From Eledone cirrhosa (Eukaryota): a stretch of DNA of 64,000 nucleotides. The stretch spans positions 169,322,001 to 169,386,000 of the forward strand of contig OZ024742.1 of NCBI GenBank assembly GCA_964016885.1. Direction: 5' to 3'. The notes under the pieces were generated by a model, which did not search any database, was not told the DNA's origin, and worked only from the letters and a program-made list of their open reading frames with translations. Positions 12,350 to 23,260 of the stretch are shown piece after piece. Within the stretch, counting starts at the first letter, position 1; the number at the start of each line of letters is the position of its first letter. The translations under genes were made by a program, and so were the position numbers.

Positions 12350-14963
12350 CAGTAAAGGACCCCACAGCCAGTAATAAATTTAAAAGCCTATTACTTGAAG
12401 GTTTTGATAGTAAGGAAGAGCAATTAGAGTCATACAATATAGAGGAACAGTGGGTATTCCTGAAAGCTAACCTGCTGAAGGCAACAGATGAAATCTGTAG
12501 CTGGTGCAGACCTACAGGCAGGAGGAGAGTAACTTGGTGGTGGAACAGTGAGGTGGAGGAGTCAATCAAGGCCAAAAAGCAGGCTTGGAAAGTATGGTGG
12601 GAAGGGGGAAGTAGAGAAGACTATCAAGTAGCCAGGAGGGAAGCTAGGAGACAAGTGTACTTTTCAAGAAGGGAAGCAGAGGAAAGAAAGTTCAAACATG
12701 TTCTACAACGCGAGGACCAAAAACGTGAGGTGTTCAGGATTGCTAGGCAATGTGTCAAGGAAAACCGTGATATTGTTGGGGAGAAGTGTGTCCGTAATGA
12801 TGATGTTGTACTTGCCATCACTGATGCTGATAAGAAGGTAGTTTGGAAGTGTCACTACGAAAGGCTACTAAATGAGGAGAATAAATGGGAGAAAGACAGT
12901 CTCCCCCACATCGATCCAATAGAGGGACCAGCAGTGCAAGTTGAAGGTAGTATAATAAGTAAGGCAATCAAAGATATGAAGATGGGCAAGGCGGCTGGGC
13001 CTTTGGAAATAGTTGCTGAAATGCTGAAAGCATCTGGAACGGTGGGACACACGATGGTCACCCGGATAGTAAACCAAGTCATACAGAATGGGGTCATACC
13101 AAAGGACTGGCGTAGTAGCATCATCATTAACTGCTACAAGGGTAAAGAAGATGCCCTAGATAGGGGAAACTATACAGGCATTAAATTAATTGATCAGGCC
13201 ATGAAGGTCACAGAAAAAGTAATAGCGCAACTAATCAGAGAGCGAATTGATCTAGATGAAATGCAGTTCGGGTTTGTGTCAGGTAAAAGTACCACAGACG
13301 CTCTTTTCCTTGTATGACAACTACAGGAGAAGTACCTAGCTAAAAGTAAACCCCTATACTTAGCTTCTGTTGACTTGGAGAAAGCCTTTGACAGAGTCCC
13401 CAGCTCCATCATCTGGTGGGCTCTCAGAAAACTAGGTGTTGATGAATGGCTTGTGAAAGCTATACAAGCCATGTATAATGAAACAGTCAGCAAGGTTAGA
13501 ATTAACAACGAATATAATGAAGAGTTTAGCGTAAAAGTTGGTGTTCATCAGGGCTCTGTCCTTAGCCCCCTCCTATTTATTATTACCCTTCAGGCTATAA
13601 CAGAGGAGTTCAAGACCGGCTGCCCATGGGAACTTCTATACGCAGATGATCTAACGCTCATAGCTGAATCAATGGCTGAACTAGAGAAGAAATTCCAAAC
13701 ATGGAAGCATGGCCTAGAATCAAAAGGCCTTAAAATTAACCTGTCTAAGACTAAAGTTCTAGTATGTAGGAAGGAAAATAGGGCACTGGTCCCCTCTGGG
13801 GAATGGCCATGTTCAGTGTGTAGGAAAGGTGTAGGCAGAAACTTTATTTTATGTCCCAAATGCAAAGTATGGGTGCATAAAAGATGTAGTGGGATCACAG
13901 GTAAGCTAACTAAGAACATAGATTTTATATGTGGCCGGTGCTCAGGTGCAATAAGTAGTAGCAAGTGCCCACAGGATACTAGCTCATTCCATTGCCCAGA
14001 TGGTTCTCTAGAAATAGTGGACACCTTCCGTTACCTGGGTGACAAAATCAGTAGTGGTGAAGGGTGCTCTGAAAGTACAGTAGCTAGAGTCAGAACGGGA
14101 TGGAAAAAGTTCAGAGAGCTTATACCACTATTGGCCACTAAAGGTTTCTCTCTAAAAATGAAAGGCAGGCTGTATGATGCCTGCATACGAACAGCAATGT
14201 TACATGGCAGTGAGACATGGGCATTGTGTGCAGAGGATCTACGCAGACTGGAGTGGAACGAAGCTTGCATGCTCCGTTGGATGTGTAATAGTAATATACG
14301 TGAACAGCAAAGCATAAATAAACTAAGTGAGAAATTAGGAATAAGAGGGATCAGATGCTGTTTACTCGAGAGAAGACTACGTTGGTATGGTCACATGATG
14401 CGCATGAAAGACGACAGCTGTATAAAAAAGTGCAGTGCGATCAAAATAGACGGTAGCTACGAAGTAGGCAGACCCAGAAAAACCTGGGACGACTTGATAA
14501 ATTTCGACCTTACACACTTACACCTCTCCAAGACAATGTCACTGGACCGAGATCTTTGGCGCTACGTAGTAATACAGAAGACCCGCCTTGCCTAAGTACA
14601 AAGCGAAACCTACAGTCAGTAGGCACCTCTTAACCAAAATACACTCCCAATCCACTACCCCCATCTACACCACCCCTTTCGATGTAAAGCTATGTTGGTC
14701 CTAAATAAATGAGGTCGTGTAGGTGTCACGACAAAAAAAAACACACAGTCCACGCTGTAATGTGGCCGTGTAGGTAACACGGTAAAAACCTCCCAGTCCA
14801 CACTGTAAACGTGGTTGGTGTTAGGAAGGGCATCCAGCTGTAGAAAACCTGCCAGACAGTCCTACACGAGCAAGACAACCAACCTTGCCTCAAGCGGGAC
14901 AATTCCCGTCTAAACCCATGTTAGCATGGAAGATAGACATTAAACGATGATGATGATGATGAT
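12350..14963 (+). mobile_element. RTE LINE, 5'-truncated (RT plus PHD-like insert, one in-frame stop)
   Basis: One reading frame from about 12350 to 14595 with a single TGA at 13315-13317. Motifs WWWN, QFGF, DLEKAFD, QGSVLSP, YADD, C4HC3 cluster, YLGD and RWYGH; 3' UTR and (GAT)n tail. Confidence 0.97.
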
Positions 14964-15212
14964 CCCACCAAAAGATGAGACATTGATATATCGTCAATGG
15001 TACTACTGTGTACATGATGGAGACACTTAGCTCTCAATAGACCATATGGCAGACTACTTACAAATAAGTGGATATTACAAGCTAAAATGGATGGCTGTAG
15101 TCAAATATAAAAGCAGAGCAGATAAGGGTTCCATTAGATTGTACTGATGAGTTTTATGTCTTCCAGTGTTTAATTCATCATGAAAATACTAATAATATAG
15201 TTCCTACTTTTA

Positions 15213-15522
15213 ATACCACCATAACCACTACTACTGACACCACCACCACCATCACCACAACTAAGAACACCACCACAACCACTATTACTGACATCACCAC
15301 CACTACCAACAACACAACTACCACAACCATTACCATCACCACTACCATTACCATCAACGACACCACTACCATAACCATTAACACCGCTACTATCAACACC
15401 ACTACCACCCTCACCATCACTACCTTCACCACTACCACCATCATCACTACTACTACCACCACCACGATAAATGCCACTACTATCAACACCACTACCACCA
15501 TCGCCACTACCACCACTACTAC
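15213..15522. repeat. (ACC/ACT/ATC) low-complexity repeat
   Basis: Cryptic trinucleotide tract. Confidence 0.85.
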
Positions 15523-15731
15523 TTAGAAGGGTTTTGTTCAGGATGAATGTACAAATAACATGCAGGATTAAATATATGAGTAACTTTGGAGAAGTAACTA
15601 TTTTCAGGGATGAATGTAAGTTTAGAACTCAGGTTGTTCTTATTGTAGCAAAAATGACCTTGATAGGAAATTCATTGTGTGTATATATGTGTATGTATGT
15701 TTGTGTGTGTGTACATTTTAAAGAGCTAGAC

Positions 15732-15769
<38 letters not shown>

Positions 15770-15778
15770 TAGCTCTTT

Positions 15779-15818
<40 letters not shown>

Positions 15819-16179
15819 TATACAAACACATGGTGTATTATTATGGTAGCAATGTGATTGATAAAGGAAAGGTAATGAGTGTATGTTAAAGAGCTACAGG
15901 CGGATATATGTAAATATATATACACATATGTACATGACATATTGTTGATAACACTTCCTAGATATGACTGAAATTATAATACAAGACTAAAACAACTCAT
16001 ACAGATTTTTGACATGTTGGACACCATACAAATACTGAATCTTTTTAATAACAACCCATTCAAAACTGCCTATTTTAAAATACTCATGATTATCATCATC
16101 ATATTTAACATCTAGTCTCCATCTTCAAACTGACCATCAGAATATTTTGTTAAGATGTATTCCTTGCATGCATGATACC

Positions 16180-16503
16180 ATAACTCCTGATGGAGTTGTA
16201 GGAGTGCCGTATTGACATACAGCATTTCTAGGACATTTCAAAACCTGACGGAGCCCATCTCCTCTCCAGGTCTGAATACAGCATATTTCTTCCAGATAAG
16301 TATAGAGAGTGAGAGAATGGAAGTGAGAAAGAGATGTATAGGAAGAATCTACCCTAATATTAAACTGGTACTTTTTTTATCCACCTTGGATGGATGAAAG
16401 GTAAAGTTGACCTTGGCAGAATTTGAATTCAGAGAGCAGAGAGCTGAAACGAATACTGCAAGGCATTCTATCTGACGTTTTACAACTCTGCCAATTCACT
16501 GTC
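16180..16503 (-). mobile_element. tRNA-derived SINE, long-tail subfamily
   Basis: Box B (reverse complement atttgaattc), central ctggtact...gatgaaaggtaaagttgac domain and a shared tail. Related copies at about 23515-23750, 49390-49505 (-), 49510-49775 (+) and 60316-60647. Confidence 0.8.
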
Positions 16504-16507
16504 TTAA

Positions 16508-16689
16508 CCCTTTAGCATTTACATTACTCTACATAAATTATTGTATTCTCATATATCAAATGAGATTTTGATATTATTTATTTTGAGAACAATACCTCAA
16601 CATCAGTATGTGTAGCCAGTTATGGCCAGTTTGAACAGAAAGAAGCAAGAGAATTCTGGCTGGATATGACCATTTTAAATTCTAAAGGG
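16508..16689. mobile_element. piggyBac-like MITE, family 2
   Basis: TTAA on both sides; TIR ccctttagcattta...taaattctaaaggg. Confidence 0.85.
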
Positions 16690-18219
16690 TTAAAATGTAT
16701 TCCTTACATTTTCTAAATTCCTCCAACCTGTTTTTATTTGTTTTGCTTTTTTAATCAATTTGAAAGTATAAGCAGTATATCTCATCAGAAATATAGTAAT
16801 GAAAGAATTAAGAAAAATCTAGAGTCCAAGTTATTTGTACACACAGAAATTTAGTAATAAAAGAGTTAAGAACAAACTAGAGTCCAAGCAGATAACAATC
16901 CAGCCCTATAAGTGATTACATAACACACGTCCTTCAAACCGGCCAATGAATCTAATTTCTTCACTCTATCCTATGTGGTTTTCTAGCTTTCACATCCAAT
17001 TGTTAATAAAACTAAGATAACATTTCAATAGAATCTGTTCTACCTCGAGCACATATGCTTATAATTACTTGTGAAAATAGTGACACAAATCTCTTTTGTA
17101 GGACAACTTCCCATCAGACTAAAAAAGTGAAAGAAGTACATATACATAGTGTGTGTGTGTTGAGAGAGAGAGAGAGTTTTGCAAGATTCTTGATGTAAGA
17201 CCATGTGTTGAACTGATAGTGTTATACTTGGGGGTGTTCATGTTGCTTGTATTGCCAATACAAAAAGAAACACATGCACCGTATAATTTTCATTTTTTCA
17301 ATTTATCTTTATTACTAATTATTCATTAGTTCATCAAAGTTCTTTTGTCACACATTCTGTGACCTCCTCAATGACTATTTGTTCTCCTTTGTGCCTCCTC
17401 TTCTTTCTGGTCTTAATCTGTTACTCCATCTTGTCTTTTGTTTTGTGGTGCATTTTTCGTGATCATGTGTGTGTGTGTGTGTGTACATATATATATCAAT
17501 ATATGAAGGATTCGGGACCCCAACAGCTGAGCTGCTGCCATTTCAACAGCTAGATCCAAACTCTACTACCCCAAGTATTGAGTACTCTGGTGAGTAATGA
17601 TCTAACTGTTTTTTTACTGCCTCCATGCTGATTTATATATCAATATATATATCCTCATCATCATTGTTTAACATCCATTTTCCCATACCTGCATGGGTTA
17701 GACAGGTTGTCACGTTATGAGACAAGTCAGATCCAGTGACAAACAATATGACCAAACAATTGGAGTTGAGAGGACCCCACCGTCACAACACCACAACCTC
17801 TCTAGTGGTGGTACCACACAAAACGCACCCAGTACATCTTATAAGGTGGTTGCTGGAAGGAAGGACACAGTTGTAGAAGCCATGCCAAAAAAGGGGTGAG
17901 TAGACCCTACAGTTGTGACAAATATACAACTTCTCTAGTGTTGGTGTGGACATGATAAAACGCACCCAGTACACTTTGTAAAGCAGTTAATAATAGGAAG
18001 GGCATCCAGCCACAGAAAACTTGCCAAACAAAGAGTAGAGAGGACTCATCAATTATGTCAATGTCACAATGACCTCCCTAGTTCTGGTGCTATGATAAAA
18101 TACATTGTGTACTTTGTACAAGATCAATGGCTTCAATTAAGTACTGACTTGGCCTGTGATGACCCGTCCAATTTTTGCTAGCAGGGAAATCAGGTATTAA
18201 ATAATGATGATGATGGATA

Positions 18220-18422
18220 GAACATTGGTTTCTAATTTAGGAACAAGGCCAACAATTTTGGGTGAAGGAGAAAGTCAAATAAATCAACCCCAGTGCATTA
18301 CTGGTACTTTATTTTAGCGACCTGTAGCCTCAGCAGGATTTGAACTCAGATCGTAAAGAGGCGTAACCCTAAGCCAAATAGCATGCAGTCCAATGCTCCA
18401 CCGATACTGCCAATCCACTTGG
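18220..18422 (-). mobile_element. tRNA-derived SINE
   Basis: Boxes A and B (ccgatactgcca, ggatttgaactc) and the conserved ctggtactttatttt domain. Confidence 0.8.
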
Positions 18423-19179
18423 CTCCCAGCCCATATCTTACAACATAATGGAGTTGTCTGCCTCTTAGCATTACACCTGTTATAAACCTAAACCATCTTA
18501 AAGGAGGGATGTAGTGAGTTTTCATCTTTCTTAACCCTTTCATAACTACATTTCTCATGAAAGACTGCCTCTTATTTTCAAATGATTTGGGATATAATCA
18601 AGAATTTTCTCAATATCAAATTAGTATTTGGAACATAACTTAACATAAGTTCTTACATAAAATTATGATGGAAAGTTTTTAGAACAGACACACCATATAC
18701 TTGTCTGTTGTAAAAATGTGAGTGAGACGGTTGGCATCAGGATGGGTGTCTGCTTGTAAAACATTGTCTCCAACTATTCTGTTCAACCTGTATCAGCATG
18801 GAAAAGTGGATGGGAAAATGATGATAATGATGATGATGATGATAAACAGTTTTGTCATAGAACCAGAGTTAGTTTTAGGTGGGTTGGTATCAAAAGGTTT
18901 AAAGGCAAGACTGCTGTAACTGGTGGTTGTGGTGCCACTGCTGCTGCTGTGTGCTGGTGGTGCTAGTGGTTGTGGTGAAGCTGCAGTTACTGTGTGCTGG
19001 TGGTGGTGGTGGTGGTGGCAGTGGTGGTGGCAGTGGTGGTGGTGGTAGCGATGAAGTACCCCACCATCACCCACTTTTACTGCAATATATATTTATTCAA
19101 CTAATAAATAAACATCAGTGAGAGAAAATTCTTTTATAACTCTTTGTTCTCTGGTTGTTGTTGTCGTCATGGGCTCCCA

Positions 19180-19434
19180 TCTCTCCACCACCACTACCAC
19201 AACCATGACAACCAGTACCACCACCACTACCACAACCACTACTAACACCACCAACACCATCACTACCAACACCACCACTACCATCACTACCAACAACACC
19301 AACACCACCACCATGACAACCAATACAACCACCACAACCACTACAATGACAAACAGTACCACCACCACCACTACCACCATCACTACCACCACCACCACCA
19401 CCACCACTACCATCAACACCACTATCACAATCAC
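19180..19434. repeat. (ACC)n-rich low-complexity repeat
   Basis: Direct observation. Confidence 0.85.
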
Positions 19435-19630
19435 AGGTCTGTCTTTGTGCCTACACCCTCTTTCTGGATTCCATTCAAGGGAGATCCTCACTGGTGGACA
19501 TGTGTAACTCTGGGTCAAGCATCAAAGATCTGTTTGTCATTTCTGTAGTAACTTTGATTAATGAAAGTAAAATAGTTGCTAGCCTTGTGCTTCATCCTTC
19601 CTCCTTGTATGTGGAATCATTAATATTTAA

Positions 19631-19831
19631 CCCTTTAGCATTTACATTACTCTCTATATATATACTATTGTATTTTCTTGGTAAAAGCTTTACCACACAT
19701 AATATTGAATCTATGAGATTTGGATATTATTTATTTTGAGAACAATACCTTAACATCACTATAAGTGACCAGTTACGGCTGGTTTGAACAGAAAAAGGTA
19801 AGAGGATACGGCCAGTTTAAATACTGAAGGG
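19631..19831. mobile_element. piggyBac-like MITE, family 2 (second copy)
   Basis: TTAA flanks, TIR ccctttagcattta/taaatactgaaggg; homologous to 16508-16689. Confidence 0.85.
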
Positions 19832-20261
19832 TTAAACTCCCAACCACTACACTAATAAAAGCCAAACAACTAGGAAGCTAAGCTAAGCTATGGTCACTCT
19901 ATCTTCCAAAAATAGCAGCTCAATCAGCTTCAATTCACATCCTAGAGTGTGAGGGGGAGTCAAACTCAAAGACTCAAAAGACTATTACATCCTGGTGGAG
20001 AGGCACAAGTGGATAAAAGTGAGATGAGTGGGAGTGATGGTGTGATTTCCACCAGTTATAATCCTTAATGAGATATGGGAATTTCTACAAAATGTTGGGG
20101 CGAGGGATGAGAAATTTTCCATTTAAATTTTCCTGAAATCCATTTTTACTTTTGGTAAATTCTCTTCTTTCTATTTTCACTTTTGATAAATGCCATTTTT
20201 TTTTTCCATTTAACTGTATTTCATAGGTAAATCACACAAAAAATTGTACTATAAATATTAT

Positions 20262-20498
20262 TAATGCTGTGGATTCAATTCCTGGACTGGGTTGTGTTGT
20301 GTTCTTGAGTAAAACACTTCATTTCATGTTGCTCCAGTATACTCAACTGAAAATGAGTACCAACAATACCTGGGAGTTTAACCCTGTGATGGATTGGCGT
20401 CCTGCCCAGAGGGAAGTATTGTACTCTCAGTCGTTTAACGCCATAAAAACCAGGATAAGAACCAGCCTGATGAGCCTCCTGCTCGAGACAGACTTTAA
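20262..20498 (+). mobile_element. CORE-like SINE remnant
   Basis: Box B-like ggattcaattcc, ttcttgagtaaaacactt core and tail aaccctgtgatggattggcgtcc. Reverse copy at about 24200-24460. Confidence 0.65.
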
Positions 20499-21054
20499 AC
20501 TAGATATTATTAAAACAAGTTTTAGGAAAACATTAATCATGAAAATTCTGCTGTGAGCCATAGAAAAGTAGTTTGTGGACTGTGTTTCAGACTCCTGTCC
20601 TAGAGTTATAGAAAACAACATATTTGATAATGTCGTCTTAGCATCCCTGCTCTTAGGAAACAGTCAGGATGATCATGGCTGGAATGCTTTTGATCATAGA
20701 TCTGCTTGATAATGGCTGCCTTCGGTCAGAACAATAACACACATACAGACATACACACACACAGACTTAATAACCATAACAGATACAACCATCACAAACA
20801 AATAGATATAGTATTACTATCACCACTACTACTACTACTACCACCACTACCATCACCACTACTACCACCACCACTTCTACTAACATCCCCACAAACATCA
20901 CCACTACTATAAATGCAGTCATTACAACCTAATTATACAAGTAATTATAAACCAACTATTAAAACCACAACCACAACAACAACCACAACAACAATGACTG
21001 AACAGATAGATGTAATTTTTAGGCACATGGAACACATCCTGAACTAAATACTAT

Positions 21055-21458
21055 ATCCAACAACCACCACTATCACCATCATCACAATCACCACCATCAC
21101 CATAACCACCACTACTATCACCACATCATCACCACCACCACCACCACCACCACCACCACCACTACCCTCATTATCATTACCATCCTCATCACCATCTCTA
21201 CTATCATCATCACCATCATTATGATCATCATCCCCCATTATTTCCATCATCATCATTACCATCACCATCAGTATCACCATAATCATCATTACCATCATCG
21301 TTATCATTACCATCACAATCATTATCCCCATAATCATCACCATCATTACCATCATCATTGCCATCATTATCACCATTATTACCATCATTATTACTATCAC
21401 CATCATCATCCTCATCATTACCAACCCCATCATCATCATAATCATCATCACTGCTACC
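21055..21458. repeat. (ATC/ACC)n low-complexity repeat
   Basis: Direct observation; the poly-His and poly-Met ORFs are artefacts. Confidence 0.85.
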
Positions 21459-22130
21459 AAAACAGGAAGTCAAAGTAAATATATAACCATAAGTTAATAC
21501 CACTATTACTCTCCCATTTAAAAGATTAGCTATGAAAGCCTTTATCAATAACAAAACCAACACACACAGCTAATGGAGTTATGAACATTATAGTTTACAA
21601 ACTAAATATATATAACCTGAAGCCTATATAAACTAGACAATTAAAAAATGATAAGTCAGTTGCTGTGGAGCTATGTCAGTGACCAGGTCACACAGTGTCA
21701 TGAACATTGACACTAAGAAATAAATGCTAAATATAAAGTAAATTAAATTTTTTTTTTTGTATTTTAGAATGACTAAAATGTCTCTTCCGTGTAGTAATTT
21801 GTTTTAAATATATAGAATTAATAAAGAAATAACACAAATGAGACTAATTCTTTAGATACCAAATCCCCTGAAACTGCCCTTAGTTCTGCCATAGAAAGAT
21901 GCTTATTTTAAAGCGTTTATAGTTATCTAAAACCCATCCATCATAATTGTATGTAAAACCCTTTGTTAAATTATGTTCCAAACATCAGCTTTATAATGAG
22001 AAAGTTAATCGTATTCCTAAATCACTCCAAATTATAAACATGTAATGTGTGTATATATATATATATATATAACGATATATATACATAAACATACACACAC
22101 ATATAAGCCAGAATCAGTTCTGAGCAAGAC

Positions 22131-22289
22131 TTGGTACAAGTCCAACAATTATCCACTGTATTACTGGTACTTTATTTTATCGACGCCATAAGGATGAAAG
22201 GCAAAGTTAACTTTGACAATAAAGGGCCGTAACTCTTTGTTGCAAAGCATGCCATCCCACCCTTTACCGACACTGCCAATCTACTGCCC
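22131..22289 (-). mobile_element. tRNA-derived SINE, short-tail subfamily
   Basis: Matches the family consensus, with an internal deletion of the box B region. Confidence 0.8.
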
Positions 22290-22334
22290 TATATCAGAGT
22301 TTTGTAACTTGCTGGAAGCATTGTTGAATAGGAA

Positions 22335-22584
22335 ACACAAATCTAAATAATTTTGAAAACCAAAACAATGTGTTATCAAGAACATTAAATCGGCAAGATA
22401 ACAAAAGAAACTTACCTTAGCAAATCTAACGATCCCAAATATGGGTTTAAAACCCCATTATCCAGGGAGTGACCCTATAAGAGACTTTAAAAAAAAAAAT
22501 CGATCGGATTGACTTGCTTGTTTTGGTGATTTAATGTTCTTCATAACACATTGTTTTGGTTTTCAAAATTATTTAAATTTGTGT
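22335..22584. repeat. 57-bp inverted repeat (2 mismatches) with a 136-bp spacer
   Basis: 22335-22391 is the reverse complement of 22528-22584. Confidence 0.92.
22416..22474 (-). CDS. Candidate 59-nt exon (GHSLDNGVLNPYLGSLDLL)
   Basis: Minus strand: T-run then aaagtctcttatag| acceptor, consensus AAG|gtaagt donor, one open frame. Confidence 0.5.
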
Positions 22585-22602
22585 GTTTATATATATATAT
22601 AT

Positions 22603-23010
22603 CTATGAGGCCATAGTATCTAGAATAAGGACAGGTTGGAAGAAGTTTAGGGAGCTGCTTCCTCTGCTGACAAAGAAGAGTTTCTCCCTGCGTACGAAAG
22701 GCCGGTTATATGATGCCTGTGTGAGGTGCGCGATGCTGTATGGTAGTGAGACATGGGCAGCAACTGCAGAGGGTATGCGACGGCTGGAGAGAAATGAGGC
22801 AAGCATGCTCCATTGGATATGCAATGTCAATGTGCGTGAACGACCAAGCATGGATGTGTTGAGAGAGAAACTGTCTGAGAGGGATAAATTGTAGTGTGCG
22901 GGAGAGGAGGCTGCGGTGATATGGACATGTGATGCACATGGAGGATCACCAATGGGTGAAGAAGTGCCAAGAAATGCCAGTTGAAGGAAGACATAGTAGA
23001 GGAAGACCAC
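22603..23010 (+). mobile_element. RTE LINE internal fragment
   Basis: RIRTGWKKFRELLPLL and YGSETW; begins right after (TA)n. Confidence 0.9.
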
Positions 23011-23073
23011 AAAATTATTATAATCTTATTATAATATAGGTTAAATTTATGTATATTATTCTTTCTACATTGT

Positions 23074-23260
23074 GGTGGTGGATTGGCAGTATCAGTAGAG
23101 GGTCGGTCACCATGCTTTGCAGCAAAGAGTTACGGCCCTTTGTGGTCTGAGTTCAAATCTCGCCAAGGTCAACTTTGCGTTTCATCCTTACGGGGTCGAT
23201 AAAATAAAGCACTAGTAATGCACTGGGATAATTGCTGGCCTTGTGCCAAAAGTAGAAATA
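23074..23260 (+). mobile_element. Full-length tRNA-derived SINE with a 19-bp TSD
   Basis: Box A tggcagtatcagtag, box B gagttcaaatc; TSD attattctttctacattgt at 23055-23073 and 23261-23279. Confidence 0.92.

Noticed and set aside
13590-14315. Antisense ORFs recurring in several RTE copies
   Set aside because: Shadow frames of the RT coding strand; recurrence reflects shared ancestry.
20460-20498. ctgatgag..ctcgagac hammerhead-like motif in a SINE tail
   Set aside because: GAAA is absent (GAGA) and there is no stem III or cleavage triplet pairing.
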